Assembly: GCA_963728565.1 (NCBI GenBank)
Contig: CAVSLC010000019.1
Span: forward strand, 64,001 to 128,000
Direction: 5' to 3'
Source: an uncultured delta proteobacterium
GTDB taxonomy: Bacteria > Desulfobacterota > Binatia > UBA9968
Length of the DNA: 64,000 nucleotides
In this document: one piece after another, positions 1 to 12,647 of the stretch
Layout of the letters: each line of letters opens with the position of its first letter
Position numbering within the stretch: position 1 is the first letter of the stretch
The notes under the pieces: generated by a model
What the model saw: the letters and a program-made list of their open reading frames with translations, nothing else
Told to the model about the DNA's origin: nothing
Database searches by the model: none
Position numbers and translations under genes: made by a program

Positions 1-867
1 TTGTTGAATCCAGGCTTTATCTAGATTGATCGGTAATAGATCAGGGTCCGGAAAATATCTATAATCGTGAGCCGACTCCTTAGATCGCATAGAGCGAGTT
101 TGCTCATTGTTTTCGTCCCACAGCCGGGTTTCCTGAACCAAGGCTCCACCTTCCGAAAGCGTATCGATCTGCCGTTCTGTCTCATACTGCAGCGCTCTCT
201 CAATGGCTTTAAAAGAGTTCAGGTTCTTGATTTCAACTTTGGTTCCTAAGGCCTCGGTTCCAATGATGCGTACCGAAATGTTTGCGTCACAGCGAAAGCT
301 GCCTTCCTCCATGTTACCATCGCAGACTTCCAGATACCGAAGAATTGCACGTAAGCTTTTCAGATACGTTACGCCTTCAGCAGCATCCCGGATATCGGGT
401 TCACTGACAATCTCCAGCAGCGGCACTCCGGAACGGTTTAGATCGATCAAACTCGAGTCATCATAGGCATTGTGAATATTTTTTCCCGCATCCTCCTCGA
501 TATGGATCCGCGTTAAACGAACGCGTTTCGTAGAGTCCTCCACGCTGATATCGATGTAGCCGTTGGTGCAGATTGGAAGCTCGTACTGGCTAATCTGATA
601 GCCCTTGGGCAAATCAGGATAGAAATAGTGTTTTCTCGCCAAGCGACTGTAGCCAGCGATTTTACAATTCATCGCGAGCCCGGACCGAACGGCAAACTCT
701 ACAACCTTTTTGTTCAAGACCGGTAAGGCACCAGGAAATCCAGCGCACACAGGGCAAGTATTGTGGTTTGGTGCCGCACCATATTTGGTGGAGCAGCCGC
801 AGAAAATTTTCGAGTCGGTCAGAAGTTGAGCATGAACTTCAAGTCCGATAATGGTTTCGTATTTCAT
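1..867 (-). CDS. gatB: Asp/Glu-tRNA amidotransferase subunit B (N-terminal part; runs off window edge)
   Basis: Not in the ORF track. Manual translation from ATG at 867 gives [27 protein letters not shown]...[15 protein letters not shown] and, in the same frame at the window edge, [12 protein letters not shown] overlap with the gatA stop. Confidence 0.97.
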   Translation of the reverse strand, partial: MKYETIIGLEVHAQLLTDSKIFCGCSTKYGAAPNHNTCPVCAGFPGALPVLNKKVVEFAVRSGLAMNCKIAGYSRLARKHYFYPDLPKGYQISQYELPICTNGYIDISVEDSTKRVRLTRIHIEEDAGKNIHNAYDDSSLIDLNRSGVPLLEIVSEPDIRDAAEGVTYLKSLRAILRYLEVCDGNMEEGSFRCDANISVRIIGTEALGTKVEIKNLNSFKAIERALQYETERQIDTLSEGGALVQETRLWDENNEQTRSMRSKESAHDYRYFPDPDLLPINLDKAWIQQ

Positions 868-2330
868 GCCGTAGATAAAGCAGGTTTTTTCCTGTGCCAC
901 TCTGTTTGTTGCTCGTAAGCGTAAGCGATGCGCAAGATGGTCGCCTCGTCAAAAGGTTTTCCGATGACCTGCATTCCGATCGGCAATCCTTCACCGTCCA
1001 GACCGCAGGGCACCGAGATCGCGGGCACACCGGCGAGATTGATCGAAATCGTGCAGATGTCTGATAGATACATTTGAAGCGGATTTTGTATTTTCTCGCT
1101 GATCTTGAATGCCGTGGTCGGCGAGGTCGGAGTGATGATCGCGTCGCAATGTTTAAACACCGCGGCAAAATCCCGATGGATCAAAGCGCGGACTTTTTGT
1201 GCCTTGAGATAATACTCATCGTAGTATCCGGCTGAAAGTGCGTAGGTGCCAAGCATAATACGTCGCTTCACCTCCGGCCCGAACCCTTGTGCTCGACTTA
1301 GCATATAGGCTTCTGTCAAAACGCTGCCAGCGGCGCGATGGCCATAGCGCATTCCATCGTAGCGGGCGAGGTTTGAGCTGGCCTCAGCAGTTGCAATGAT
1401 ATAGTACACGGCCACAGCGTATTCGGTATGCGGCAATGAGACTTCTTCTATAATGGCGCCGCGTTTTTCAAGCTGACGAATGGCGGTCACAACGGCTTCA
1501 TCAACGGCCGGCTGTAATCCTGCGGTGAAATATTCCCTGGGAATACCCAGACGTAACCCGGCAATTTCGCCGGTTAACGATCGCGAGTACGATGGAGCGG
1601 AGAATGCGGCTGAAGTTGAGTCCGCTGGGTCGTGCCCGCTTATGGCTTCGAGCAGCAGCGCGCAGTCGCGAACGTCCTTAGTCATCGGACCTACTTGGTC
1701 CATGGAAGAAGCAAAGGCGATGACGCCGTAGCGGCTGACCCGGCCGTACGTTGGCTTCAGGCCAACGATACCGCAAAAAGCCGCTGGTTGGCGAATCGAA
1801 CCACCCGTGTCGGTTCCTAAAGCCGCGATGCACTGATCAGCGGCCACCGATGCTGCGGATCCGCCTGAAGATCCTCCGGGTACGCGTTCCAAGTCCCAGG
1901 GATTGCGCGTTGAGAAGAACGCAGAGTTTTCAGCAGATGAACCCATCGTGAACTCATCCAGGTTCGTCTTGCCGGTAATTACCGCACCAGCCGAACGAAC
2001 TTTTGCCACGGCAGTAGCATCATAGGGGGGAATAAAGTTCTCCAATATTCTTGACGCGCAGGTTGTCCGTAAACCCTGCGTCAGTAAATTATCTTTCAGA
2101 GCGACTGGTATGCCGAGTAAAGGAGAAGCGGATGTTTCGCGCTTGAGACGTTCATCGGCTTGTTTTGCCTGTGCGATCGCCGCATCACGGCAAAGCGTGA
2201 TGTAGGAGCGGATAATACCGTCCGTTTGCGCAACTCGTTGGAAAACGGCTTCAGTCAGCTCCTGCGATGAAACTTCGCGCTTACGCAGTTTATCGCTTGC
2301 TTCATGAAGCGTCATTGAGGATAAATTCAT
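864..2330 (-). CDS. gatA: Asp/Glu-tRNA amidotransferase subunit A
   Basis: Amidase signature [49 protein letters not shown]; lies between gatC and gatB. Confidence 0.98.
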   Translation of the reverse strand: MNLSSMTLHEASDKLRKREVSSQELTEAVFQRVAQTDGIIRSYITLCRDAAIAQAKQADERLKRETSASPLLGIPVALKDNLLTQGLRTTCASRILENFIPPYDATAVAKVRSAGAVITGKTNLDEFTMGSSAENSAFFSTRNPWDLERVPGGSSGGSAASVAADQCIAALGTDTGGSIRQPAAFCGIVGLKPTYGRVSRYGVIAFASSMDQVGPMTKDVRDCALLLEAISGHDPADSTSAAFSAPSYSRSLTGEIAGLRLGIPREYFTAGLQPAVDEAVVTAIRQLEKRGAIIEEVSLPHTEYAVAVYYIIATAEASSNLARYDGMRYGHRAAGSVLTEAYMLSRAQGFGPEVKRRIMLGTYALSAGYYDEYYLKAQKVRALIHRDFAAVFKHCDAIITPTSPTTAFKISEKIQNPLQMYLSDICTISINLAGVPAISVPCGLDGEGLPIGMQVIGKPFDEATILRIAYAYEQQTEWHRKKPALSTA

Positions 2331-2611
2331 TCGATGATTTTTGGAACTTTAAAAAAGCTCTTCGCCTTTGCGGGCGCATTCGACAATATTCTATCTGGAT
2401 CCGAGGTGTTGGTAACTACATCTTCTCGAAGTGCATTGGATGTGTCTACGGCTTGGGTGAAAGGCTCTACTTCCGAGATATCCAGCTCCCGGAGTTTGTC
2501 CATGTACTGCAAAATACTCTGAAGCTCGACAGTTAGCTGATCGAGTTCCTCAGGCAGCAAGCGCAAGCGGGCCAGTAGCGCTATTTGTGCAACGTCCTCG
2601 CGTGTGAGCAT
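2327..2611 (-). CDS. gatC: Asp/Glu-tRNA amidotransferase subunit C
   Basis: 94 aa with IALLARL, LREDVV, NAP...FFKVPKIIE; overlaps the gatA start. Confidence 0.95.
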   Translation of the reverse strand: MLTREDVAQIALLARLRLLPEELDQLTVELQSILQYMDKLRELDISEVEPFTQAVDTSNALREDVVTNTSDPDRILSNAPAKAKSFFKVPKIIE

Positions 2612-2781
2612 CGAGATTTTCTAACACATGGACAGTGCCAATTCCAACGCGAATCGTTAGATGTGACGCATCTATGCTTTGGAAAGGCGGCTCTCTTCAA
2701 CAGCATATCCGTTGCGGTGAATTGACCGCCTTAACCTTCTTATTTGCAGTTGTTTTCTCTTTTGGCTAAAAGGGAAAGACA

Positions 2782-3507
2782 ATGGGCGGCAAACAATTCA
2801 CCTTGTCGGAAGACTTCGACCGGCCTGTAAAGCAGGGCGCCATCGAACGACAGTCATACTTGCGTGGCTTCAAGTGCGTTGCCGGACTGGATGAAGTGGG
2901 CCGAGGCCCTTTGGCAGGGCCGGTGGTAGCCGCGGCAGTCGTGCTGCCGCAGGGTTTTACGCATTCCGCCATTAGAGATTCGAAAATGTTAACACCGCAG
3001 CAGCGCGAAAGTTTGCTGCCGACAATTAGAGAGTCAGCTCTATGCTGGGGCGTGGGTGTCGTTGAGGTTGAGGAGATCGATCGCATCAATATTCTCCAGG
3101 CGAGTTTGCTTGCAATGGTCAAGGCCTTTCGCGCCTTGCGGCCGGCGCCCGATTGTTTGCTCATCGACGGGAACCAAAAGATCCCGGCCGAATTGTTTCA
3201 AATCAACGCGGTTTTCAAGCAATTGCCCTTTCAGAGAACCATCATAAAAGGCGATCAGCTTTGTGTCTCGGTTGCTGCCGCCTCGATCATAGCTAAAGTT
3301 GCGCGTGACACGATGATGGTTGAACTCGATAAAAGTTATCCCGAGTACGGCTTTGCGCATCACAAGGGATATAGCTGCGCCGCACATATGGAAGCTTTGC
3401 GGCGATTTGGACCATCGCCGATTCATCGCCGGAGCTTCCGGCCGGTCCGCGCAATGTGCTCCCTCGAGCTTGGAACCGATCTAGATTTGCCGTTCGTCAT
3501 GCCGTGA
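2782..3507 (+). CDS. rnhB: Ribonuclease HII
   Basis: GLDEVGRGPLAGPVVAAAV, DSK, IDG, KGD..SVAAASIIAKVARD, HKGY, HRRSF. Confidence 0.97.
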   Translation: MGGKQFTLSEDFDRPVKQGAIERQSYLRGFKCVAGLDEVGRGPLAGPVVAAAVVLPQGFTHSAIRDSKMLTPQQRESLLPTIRESALCWGVGVVEVEEIDRINILQASLLAMVKAFRALRPAPDCLLIDGNQKIPAELFQINAVFKQLPFQRTIIKGDQLCVSVAAASIIAKVARDTMMVELDKSYPEYGFAHHKGYSCAAHMEALRRFGPSPIHRRSFRPVRAMCSLELGTDLDLPFVMP

Positions 3508-3875
3508 TCCTAAAGAAAGCAAAACTCATATTAGGTAAAGAGGGTGAGCGAATTGCCGAGATCTTCTTGAGAAAGAAAGGTTACAAGCTCGTCGAGCGCA
3601 ACTATCGTTGCGCCGCGGGAGAGCTGGATCTCATTATGTTGGACCAGCGGGTGATCGTGTTTGTCGAAGTTAAGACGCGCACCGGAATACGATACGGGAC
3701 GCCGCTGGAAGCTGTCGAAGGTAGGAAGCAGCAGAAAATGATCTACGCGGCGCAGTTCTTTTTAAGCGCGAAAAAGCTCAGTCAGCGTGAGGCTAGGTTC
3801 GATGTTGTTGGTATTTCCTGGGCTGGTGCGCAGCCATCGCTGGAACACATTGAGAACGCATTCGAGCTAATCTAG
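3504..3875 (+). CDS. yraN: YraN/UPF0102 family predicted endonuclease
   Basis: GKEGE..AE.FL..KGY..VERNYR...GELDLI...VFVEVKTR, RFDVV; GTG start overlaps the rnhB stop. Confidence 0.92.
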   Translation: MILKKAKLILGKEGERIAEIFLRKKGYKLVERNYRCAAGELDLIMLDQRVIVFVEVKTRTGIRYGTPLEAVEGRKQQKMIYAAQFFLSAKKLSQREARFDVVGISWAGAQPSLEHIENAFELI

Positions 3876-3885
3876 AGATAATTAA

Positions 3886-5154
<1,269 letters not shown>

Positions 5155-5726
5155 CATCGCTGTGCAGGATCGACCACTTAACCATTCCAGCATGTTTGCT
5201 GACGGCTACGTAGACTCACAGGGGCATTGCCTCTCGATGACCTGACGCTGGAAGCAGCAGTTCGACTGGATTAATCCACAGACTCTTGAGCAAAGCTAGC
5301 CTTAAGTGCAAGAAGTCGAATACTATCGCCACGACGTGTCGCCGAATTGAGAGTGTACCGATGGTGGAAGCTTGAGGACCGCCTCCGTTGGTGAAAGCGG
5401 ATTAGAGACTGCGAAGAACAATCAACTCTCCGGAAGGATCAAAAGCACACGTGAAGGATATGCATTTATCAGACGCCTTCCGCGGGGCACAACGACTCCG
5501 CTATTGCTCCAACGTCGCATTCGTCCCGATTGTGCGCATCACGATGAGTGATGCTCGCAACATTTTCTAGGCACGCATTTCCCAGCGCCACTTCTTGGCC
5601 AGGAGAGCGGGCGGGACGATAAGTTCGCAGATGAGGCATAGTGACAGGATTAGGGATAAGTAAACGACGGAGAACGTTGTTGTAATAAACAGAGTTTGGA
5701 TACAACGGCTTCACTTGTAAAACTCA

Positions 5727-5921
5727 TCAGGATGGCTGTGCGCGCGTACGATTCAGGTTTTTATATGCGTCGATTTCTTGAAGTGCTGCCTTTTCGATCC
5801 GGAGTTTGCTTTTCGCCTCCAATGCCCTGATATCGGCTTCGATTTGATCCCTTTTTTCGTAAAGTTGTTGAATTTCTCTTAGCAGTCTAGCTTGAACTTC
5901 CTTATCAGCAAACGTCGGCAT
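5727..5921 (-). CDS. Small coiled-coil hypothetical protein (64 aa)
   Basis: Strong Shine-Dalgarno AGGAGG before ATG at 5921; heptad-like LLREIQQLYEKRDQIEADIRALEAK. Confidence 0.55.
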   Translation of the reverse strand: MPTFADKEVQARLLREIQQLYEKRDQIEADIRALEAKSKLRIEKAALQEIDAYKNLNRTRAQPS

Positions 5922-6357
5922 TTTATTCCTCCTTCGAATAGTGTCCGCTCCAGCAGCAATAAAAAGACCACGTGTAAGTTGATGAATTTCAAACTTTTGC
6001 TCTTCGACTGACACTTTCAAATCGTCAATCTATTGTCAAAATGACATCGACGACGAAAGCCAGCGTATAGGCGAAGGCAATTAAACCGTAAAGGGGAGCA
6101 ATCAAACTACTATGAAATCTCCATTGGAATGGCAAGTAGCGGAAATGTGTTTTTTGGAGCGGATGAGAGTAGGGAGCGCAGTGTTGATGCTTGATCGGGT
6201 AATGACCAAGGCATTGATATTTTGGACTGAAACCGGGGAATGTTCGCTTGCAGAGCCCGGACATTGCAAAAGCCTTCAGGACCGTGCAGAATTTCTTTCT
6301 GCTCCTAAGAAGGCGTACGGAGCGCGCCAGCGCTTATGTAATTCAATTCGATCGTAG

Positions 6358-6446
6358 GGAGGGGTGGGTGAGCGGTTGAAACCACCGGTCTTGAAAACCG
6401 GCGTGCATCACATGCACCGCGAGTTCGAATCTCGCCCCCTCCGCCA
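6358..6446 (+). tRNA. tRNA-Ser (anticodon UGA)
   Basis: Acceptor stem GGAGGGG/CCCCTCC, anticodon arm CCGGT-CTTGAAA-ACCGG, long variable arm GTGCAT-CAC-ATGCAC, T-loop GTTCGAATC, encoded CCA. Confidence 0.97.
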
Positions 6447-6526
6447 AGGCTTGCCGATGGGTGTTTCTGAATGAATCGTTAGAGCTTTAGTTGGATCAGT
6501 CCGTTCGGCGTTATTACAAGAAGCTC

Positions 6527-6559
6527 GTGCGGCAGCTTCGTTTGACGGAGCTGCCGCAC
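6527..6559. terminator. 15-bp hairpin between convergent tRNA-Ser and surface-protein gene; probable terminator
   Basis: GTGCGGCAGCTTCGT-TTG-ACGGAGCTGCCGCAC; only a weak U-tract follows. Confidence 0.6.
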
Positions 6560-6581
6560 ATCAGAATGGGGCGTCTTCGAT

Positions 6582-8640
6582 TTACCATTTGCCAACGACG
6601 GGAACATCTCCAGGTTCACCGTATGACAACTGTAGATCAATACCATTCATCCCACTTGCCATTGCCGTTTAGATCCAAGAACCATTCGCCGGTTGCCGGT
6701 CTAAACACGCCGATTTTGCTTATGCCTGTCCCATTCCAATCGCCGATCACAGGCAGGTCGCCAGCCTCACCGAAATTGGTAATGCAGGTATCCTTTTTAC
6801 AGTTATTCCAGGATCTATTGCCGTCCCGATTGAGAAACCATTCGCCAGTGCTCGGACGAAACAGACCCAATTGAGTGGTCCCGCTGCCGGTCCAATCGCC
6901 TGCTAACAGGTATATCGCCGTTGACGTAGATACTGAAGACGGGCATTCGTCGGTGCGGCATCCATCCCAAACTTTATTGCGATTGATATCGAGATACCAT
7001 TTCTTTTCTGACCGTCTAAAAACGCCGATCGAATCGCCGGGAGTGGTGGTCCACTGTCCGACCGCTGGCAGATCCGTTGACTGGCCGAACGATTTTACGC
7101 AAACATCCACTCCACAGTCCTCCCAAATCCCGTTGCCATTGAGATCCAAGAACCATTGTGATGTCTCTAGGTACGAACAAGCCGACTTTAGTTTTGCCTG
7201 AGCCGTTCCAATCGCCGACTACGGGGATTCCGTATGATTCGCCAAACGTTTCGGCGTAAATATCAGCGGCGTCCCACCGCCATTGCCGTTGCGGTCCAAG
7301 AACCACTCACCGGTGGACGGCCGGTAAATACCGATCCTATCGCTCAAGCTGTTAACAAAATTTGCTGTGACGGTTGTATTGGACGATAGCGTTAACTTGC
7401 AATCCGCTGTTCCGGTACAGCCTCCGGTCCAGCCGCCGAATGCAAAACCTGCGTCAGGGGTGGCCTTTAACGTTACGGCTGTTCCCGCGACAAAGTTAAA
7501 GGAACAAACGGTGCCGCAATTGATGCCAGAGGGAGTGCTGGTAACGGTACCATTGCCCGTCTTCGAAACAGAAAGGCTTAGTGTGTTAAGGGTAAATGTT
7601 GCTGTACAGGTTTTGTTCGCATCCATATTGACGGAACCGTCGGAGCAATCGGCATGTCCTGTCCACGACTTAAACTTAGAATTGGCTGCGGGCTTCGGTG
7701 TTAAAGTAACTATCTGTCCCGCAGGATAGTTTTCTGTAGCAGTCCGTCCCGCAGTTTATTCCGGCCGGGTTGCTGACGATTGTTCCACCTGCGGTTCCGC
7801 TTGATGTCACTTCATTAACAACAGTGCTCGTTAGAGTATAACCAGAGCGAATTGAAAGTCGCTGTGCAACCCATGTTGCCAGTCATCGTAACGCTTCCGG
7901 CCGCGGTGCAGTTGCCTGACCAGCCGGCGAATGTCGAACCCGAAGCAGCCGTGGCAACAAGACTGACGTTTGTGCCGCTGCTAAGACTTGCCGTGCATGC
8001 ACTGCCGCAGTTGATTCCCGTGGGGCTGCTGGTCACAGTGCCGGTGCCGGTACCGGCGCGGCTTACTGAAAGCGTATAGGTACTTATGAGATTGAATAAT
8101 GCCGTGCAATGTTATGTTGGCGTTCATTGTGACACTACCGTCGCTGCAGTCTGCATCTCCGGACCAGTTTGCGAAAGTAGAACCTGTGGCGGGCGCAGCA
8201 GTTAATTTTACGACGCTACCGGCGGTGTAGACCTCAGTGCAATCGCTTCCACAGCTGATGCCACTGGGAGAACTGGTGACCGTACCATTCCCCGAACGGT
8301 TTAAGGTCAGTGTGAAACTTGCGGCCAGAGTCGTACCGCAAATCTCATTGGTGTATGCAGAACTGCCGGCCGAGTTGAACGCGTTAACACGATAACAATA
8401 CGTAGTACTACTTGCCAGGTTGGGATCTGTGTACGTGCTAACGTTAGGTGAAACACTCGCAACGCGCGCGAAGGTCCCGCTAGTACCGGTTCGCCGTTCG
8501 ATACTGAAACCATCCTCATTATCCGAAGCGTCAGTCCAACTAAGTGTTAGCTGAGCGGCAGAGACAATGTGGCTTGGGAGTAAATTCGACACGATTGCAA
8601 GTGCGAGAATGAACCAAAAGCTTGAGTGGAAATACAGCAT
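6582..8640 (-). CDS. Secreted/surface protein: signal peptide, FN3 domain, four Cys-containing InlB-B-like repeats, C-terminal GDWNG (FG-GAP/VCBS-like) repeats; about 6 frameshifts
   Basis: SD GGAGG before ATG 8640. ORF pieces 7981-8724, 7815-8036, 7219-7626, 7016-7306 and 6637-7149 join into LSWTDASDNEDGF.IER...YCYRVNAFN, four G.VTS.P.GI.CG..C repeats and PVVGDWNG.G..K.GLF repeats, ending GDVPVVGKW-stop at 6582. Confidence 0.8.
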
Positions 8641-8843
8641 TACTGTCCTCCGAAAATATGAATTCAATGGATGCACTATTGTCGCATCCTTACGTATGAT
8701 CGATGTTTCTTTATCGGCTATCACTTGGTACGAAAGATGGCTGCGGCCCTGTTCGAAGGCACCGGACCAGCATCAATCAAATTTTTAAGGCTGCTTTGTA
8801 TTTGTGGCTCTGTTGCGGATCTCGACGTTGCGAGAACTGTTTC

Positions 8844-8859
8844 AGCAACACATATGCCA
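8844..8859 (-). promoter_or_regulatory. Sigma-54 (-24/-12) promoter for the surface-protein gene
   Basis: Minus strand TGGCATATGTGTTGCT with exact GG-N10-GC spacing, about 200 bp upstream of the start, in a long intergenic region. Confidence 0.65.
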
Positions 8860-9633
8860 TGGAACTGCTACTTCTTTGCTTCTCCCGCATGAGTCAGTTT
8901 AAGGGTTCGAAGGAAGTTTTCGTCTGATATTGCGCACGAAGTCTTTGCGCTGTTGGAGACATTACTGTTCGCTTAGTTCCCTGGGCGCGCTCGTGGGAGG
9001 GAAGAGCCGGAAGATTCCTCTAAGATGAGCCGAACGATGTGTAACGCTGAATGCTCTTCTAATGAGTGAGGTTGAGGCAGGTGCTTACAACTGGATTACT
9101 GCATTAATGACATTGATGCGCGCTCAGTTAGCGGTAGATGGCAACCTGTTATGTTTCCTTTGAGCACTTAGCAGCGTTAAATGGGAAAAACCGTGTCAAC
9201 GAAGTCCATCGACTCATGACAAACGCTACAATTCCGTATAACTCGAGACATACTTGCGCGAGCTTGGCGCGCAAAATTATCTCGGCGCAATTATCATGTG
9301 ACAGGCGAAAATAAGTAGGAACCAAAACGCAACTGCTTCGCAACGTTTATCACGTAACACATAGTGCTCCAGGGCGGATTTCAATCGATAGAGCCAATGA
9401 AGAGAGGTCCGTTATATCGCGCGGAGTAGCTCGTGTCGGCCTCCAATCCAATGTAATCGCAGCGCGTTGATGACGCTCAGCTGATGCGATTGAAATGAAG
9501 TGGCGTCCTGAGTTTGCTTCGCGGACTCGCCAATGTGTAGGTGAGTTGATGAGAGAACGTGATAAGCAAGCAGCCTCCCAAGCCTGCCGATGCTGCTGAA
9601 GGATCTAGTTCTCGTGGTGGACTCTTTCGGACG

Positions 9634-9861
9634 CTATTTTTTCGAATTGTCTTGCATGTTTTCTCCCGCCTTCTGCATGGACTCGCCCACTCGTTCCATT
9701 AGCTTACCGGTCTCCTGCCCGGCTTTTTCGAGAAGGTTGTCGATCTTTCGACCGGCTTGTTCTGCAGAGCCTTCACCATCCTCACTCCTCTTACAACCCG
9801 CAGGCGCAATCATAACCGCCGCAATTACGAAGATCAGCAGTTGTTTCTTGATCGTCTTCAT
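9634..9861 (-). CDS. Small lipoprotein with hydrophilic helical repeats
   Basis: SD GGAGG; MKTIKK, hydrophobic stretch, lipobox-like PAGC; AEQAGRKID..EKAG..ERVGESMQKAGENMQ. Confidence 0.7.
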   Translation of the reverse strand: MKTIKKQLLIFVIAAVMIAPAGCKRSEDGEGSAEQAGRKIDNLLEKAGQETGKLMERVGESMQKAGENMQDNSKK

Positions 9862-10081
9862 GGAAATCACAGCCTCCATTTATAATGTAATATCCAGTTG
9901 CTGATTTGCCAACTTGCATTGGGATCCAAACAGGCGGGGAGTTTCTCTGAATCAACAGGATGTGACTGCGCGGCTAGTCTTCATTAAAGTCGTCCGCGAT
10001 CGCTGTTTGATTTCAATTTCCCCCTTAGTTGATAACAACGTGCGGCGTCCAAAGCGCATCACTCGCCAAAGCGACGCGCGG

Positions 10082-11290
10082 TTAACTTTCCCAGCGAACT
10101 TGAAAGCCGTCTTTGCTCAACTGGTTTCTAATCCGTTCGACATGATCTAAGCCGGCTGTCTCGACCACTAGTTCGACTTCCGTTTGATCAATGGCAATTC
10201 GGCCGAAGCCGCGGCTCTGGCCGATTTGCAAGATATTGGCATCGAAGTCGGCGATTCGTTGAGTGAGCCTTGCCAGATTCCCCGGCCGATCCGAGATTAC
10301 CACGGAGAAGCGGCTCAATCGTCCATCTTGAATGAGTCCTTTTTCAATAATCCGCGATATCAGATTGACGTCGATGTTGCCGCCGGAAACGATCAGGGCA
10401 ATGTTCTTGTCTCGTAAAGAGACCTTCTTGTTGATGAGCGCGGCGAGGGGAGCCGCAGCGGCGCCTTCGGCGACGGTCTTTTCTATCTCCAGTAAAAGCA
10501 GCACAGCATTGGCAATTTCACCTTCGGTTACTGTGACAATCTCATCGACGTGCTGTTTGACCAGCTCCAATGCTGTCTCGCCAACTCTGCGCACGGCAAT
10601 GCCGTCGGCGATCGTGGTTGCCGGCGCGAGCCTAATCGGCGCACCTATTTCCAGTGCCGCTTTCATAGAGGGCATGGCCTCCGCCTGTACGCCGATGATT
10701 TGAATATGCGGATTGAGAACCTTGAGGACCAGTGCGGTACCGGCAATTAAACCGCCGCCGCCCACCGGGACGATGACGGCGTCTAAATGTGAATTTTGCT
10801 CGTAGAGTTCGAGGCCGATGGTGCCTTGACCCGCGATGATTGTTGGATCGTTGAACGCATGAAGGAAAGTCAACCCTCTTTCCTGGCTCAGTCGCTGGGC
10901 TTCGGTGAAAGCTCCATCGTAATCTTCGCCATGCAATATGGTCTGTGCGCCGTATAGTCGCACCCGTCCCACTTTGATCAGCGGCGCATGAACCGGCATG
11001 ACTATCGTGGACTCCACATTCAGGCGCCGGCTGTGAAATGCCACTGCCATACCGTGATTGCCGGCGCTGGCGGCAATCACACCGCGCTCGGCCTCGTCGG
11101 TCGTCAGGGTCAGCAAACGGTTGAGCGCGCCCCGTTCTTTGAATGAACCGGTCATTTGCAAGTTATCCAACTTGAAAAAGACTTTACTGCTGGTCATCCG
11201 GCTAATGGTTTCGGAATAGGAGAGGGGCGAGAGGTAGATTTGGTCGCGGATGCGTCTTCGTGCTTCTTCAATGTCGAAAAAAGCCAGCAT
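10082..11290 (-). CDS. ilvA: Threonine ammonia-lyase with C-terminal ACT domain
   Basis: NLQMTGSFKERGA (PLP Lys), ASAGNH, PVGGGGLI, TIADGIAV, SGGNID, DRPG.L. Confidence 0.92.
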   Translation of the reverse strand: MLAFFDIEEARRRIRDQIYLSPLSYSETISRMTSSKVFFKLDNLQMTGSFKERGALNRLLTLTTDEAERGVIAASAGNHGMAVAFHSRRLNVESTIVMPVHAPLIKVGRVRLYGAQTILHGEDYDGAFTEAQRLSQERGLTFLHAFNDPTIIAGQGTIGLELYEQNSHLDAVIVPVGGGGLIAGTALVLKVLNPHIQIIGVQAEAMPSMKAALEIGAPIRLAPATTIADGIAVRRVGETALELVKQHVDEIVTVTEGEIANAVLLLLEIEKTVAEGAAAAPLAALINKKVSLRDKNIALIVSGGNIDVNLISRIIEKGLIQDGRLSRFSVVISDRPGNLARLTQRIADFDANILQIGQSRGFGRIAIDQTEVELVVETAGLDHVERIRNQLSKDGFQVRWES

Positions 11291-11469
11291 GGTGCTAACC
11301 TAGAATGAATTTATCAGCGCATGCAAGTCGAATGAATAAATTTGACTAGGCAAGCCGCCCTGTGGCAAGGATGAAGCTTGCGGGGAGTCCGAGCAATTCC
11401 CTGGATCACCGATGCCGAAATAGGATACCAAGAAATGAAGCGAAGCTACGGTTTGGTAAAGAGCGCGTG

Positions 11470-12594
11470 ATGCCTACCCAGGAGATCAGTGCAGCGGATG
11501 TTGCGCGTTACCGACAAAACTATCTCGTCGAAATGGACGGTATTGAGCTCTATCGCGCATTGGCCGCCGCTGAAAAAGACGAGAAGCGCGCGGTGATTTT
11601 CCGAAAAATGGCGCAGACCGAGGAGCGACATGCGCGGCGGTGGGTGCGGCTTATCGAGACGGCCGGCTATCAAGTGCCGGAATATCGTCCCACAGTCCGG
11701 GTGCGGGTGCTGGGTTGGATGGCGAAGCATTTCGGCACCCATCGAGTGATTCCAATTATTAGTAGCCTGGAAGCCAGCGATGAGCCGGGATACTTAAATC
11801 AGCCGGAGGCAGCTGGATTGCCAGCCGAGGAGAGAGCGCACAGCCGCGCATTGCGCGCCATGGACGAAGGGATCTCCAGCCAGGACGCAATTATCGGCAG
11901 CGAACGATGGCACGTGATATCGCGTGGTGGCAGCCTGCGCGCCGCTGTTTTCGGCATCAACGATGGACTGGTTTCGAATTTCAGTTTGGTCATGGGCTTT
12001 GCGGGCGCCGATGCGAGGCCTGAGTACATTCTGCTCGCGGGCGTGGCCGGCTTATTGGCGGGATCGTTCTCAATGGCAGCGGGTGAATATGTCTCGATGC
12101 GCGCCCAGCGCGAACTTTTCGAGCAGCAGATCGCTATGGAACAACAAGAGTTGGAGATGTCACCCAAGGAAGAAGAGGAGGAGCTCTCGTTAATTTACCA
12201 AGCCAAGGGAATCCCCGAGAGAGAGGCTGCGATGCTGGCCCGACGCATTATCTCCAATCCAAAGACCGCTATTGACACGCTCGCGCGTGAAGAGTTGGGC
12301 TTGAATCCTTCGGAGCTGGGATCACCTTGGACCGCGGCGCTGAGCTCGTTTCTAGCTTTCATAGTCGGCGCGTTGATTCCGGTGCTGCCTTATCTGGTTA
12401 GTTCCGGACAAGTTGCTTGGCTCGCGAGTGGGTTGCTTAGCTGTCTAGCTCTGGTAGGCGTGGGCGCGATTATTTCGATCTTTACCGCCAAGGGGCCATG
12501 GATAAGCGGGCTGCGCATGCTGGGTATCGGCTTGCTGGCGTCGGCAATCACCTATGGTGCGGGCTGGTTGTTTGGAGTATCGGTGGCGGGGTAA
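11470..12594 (+). CDS. VIT1/CCC1 iron/manganese transporter with N-terminal rubrerythrin-like domain
   Basis: N-terminal E..G..LY, EERH and EERAH motifs; LRAAVFGINDGLVSN and GSFSMAAGEYVS VIT1 motifs. Confidence 0.9.
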   Translation: MPTQEISAADVARYRQNYLVEMDGIELYRALAAAEKDEKRAVIFRKMAQTEERHARRWVRLIETAGYQVPEYRPTVRVRVLGWMAKHFGTHRVIPIISSLEASDEPGYLNQPEAAGLPAEERAHSRALRAMDEGISSQDAIIGSERWHVISRGGSLRAAVFGINDGLVSNFSLVMGFAGADARPEYILLAGVAGLLAGSFSMAAGEYVSMRAQRELFEQQIAMEQQELEMSPKEEEEELSLIYQAKGIPEREAAMLARRIISNPKTAIDTLAREELGLNPSELGSPWTAALSSFLAFIVGALIPVLPYLVSSGQVAWLASGLLSCLALVGVGAIISIFTAKGPWISGLRMLGIGLLASAITYGAGWLFGVSVAG

Positions 12595-12647
12595 GTTAAC
12601 CACGCCTCCGGCCGACCCGGATACACCATAGGATCGTTGGCTGCCGG

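Noticed and set aside
6358-6446. tRNA as possible tRNA-Sec supporting the selenoprotein
   Set aside because: The anticodon is UGA (reads UCA, Ser), not UCA, and the acceptor stem is a normal 7 bp.
6358-9900. Integrated island at tRNA-Ser
   Set aside because: No integrase and no duplicated tRNA 3' end seen in the window.
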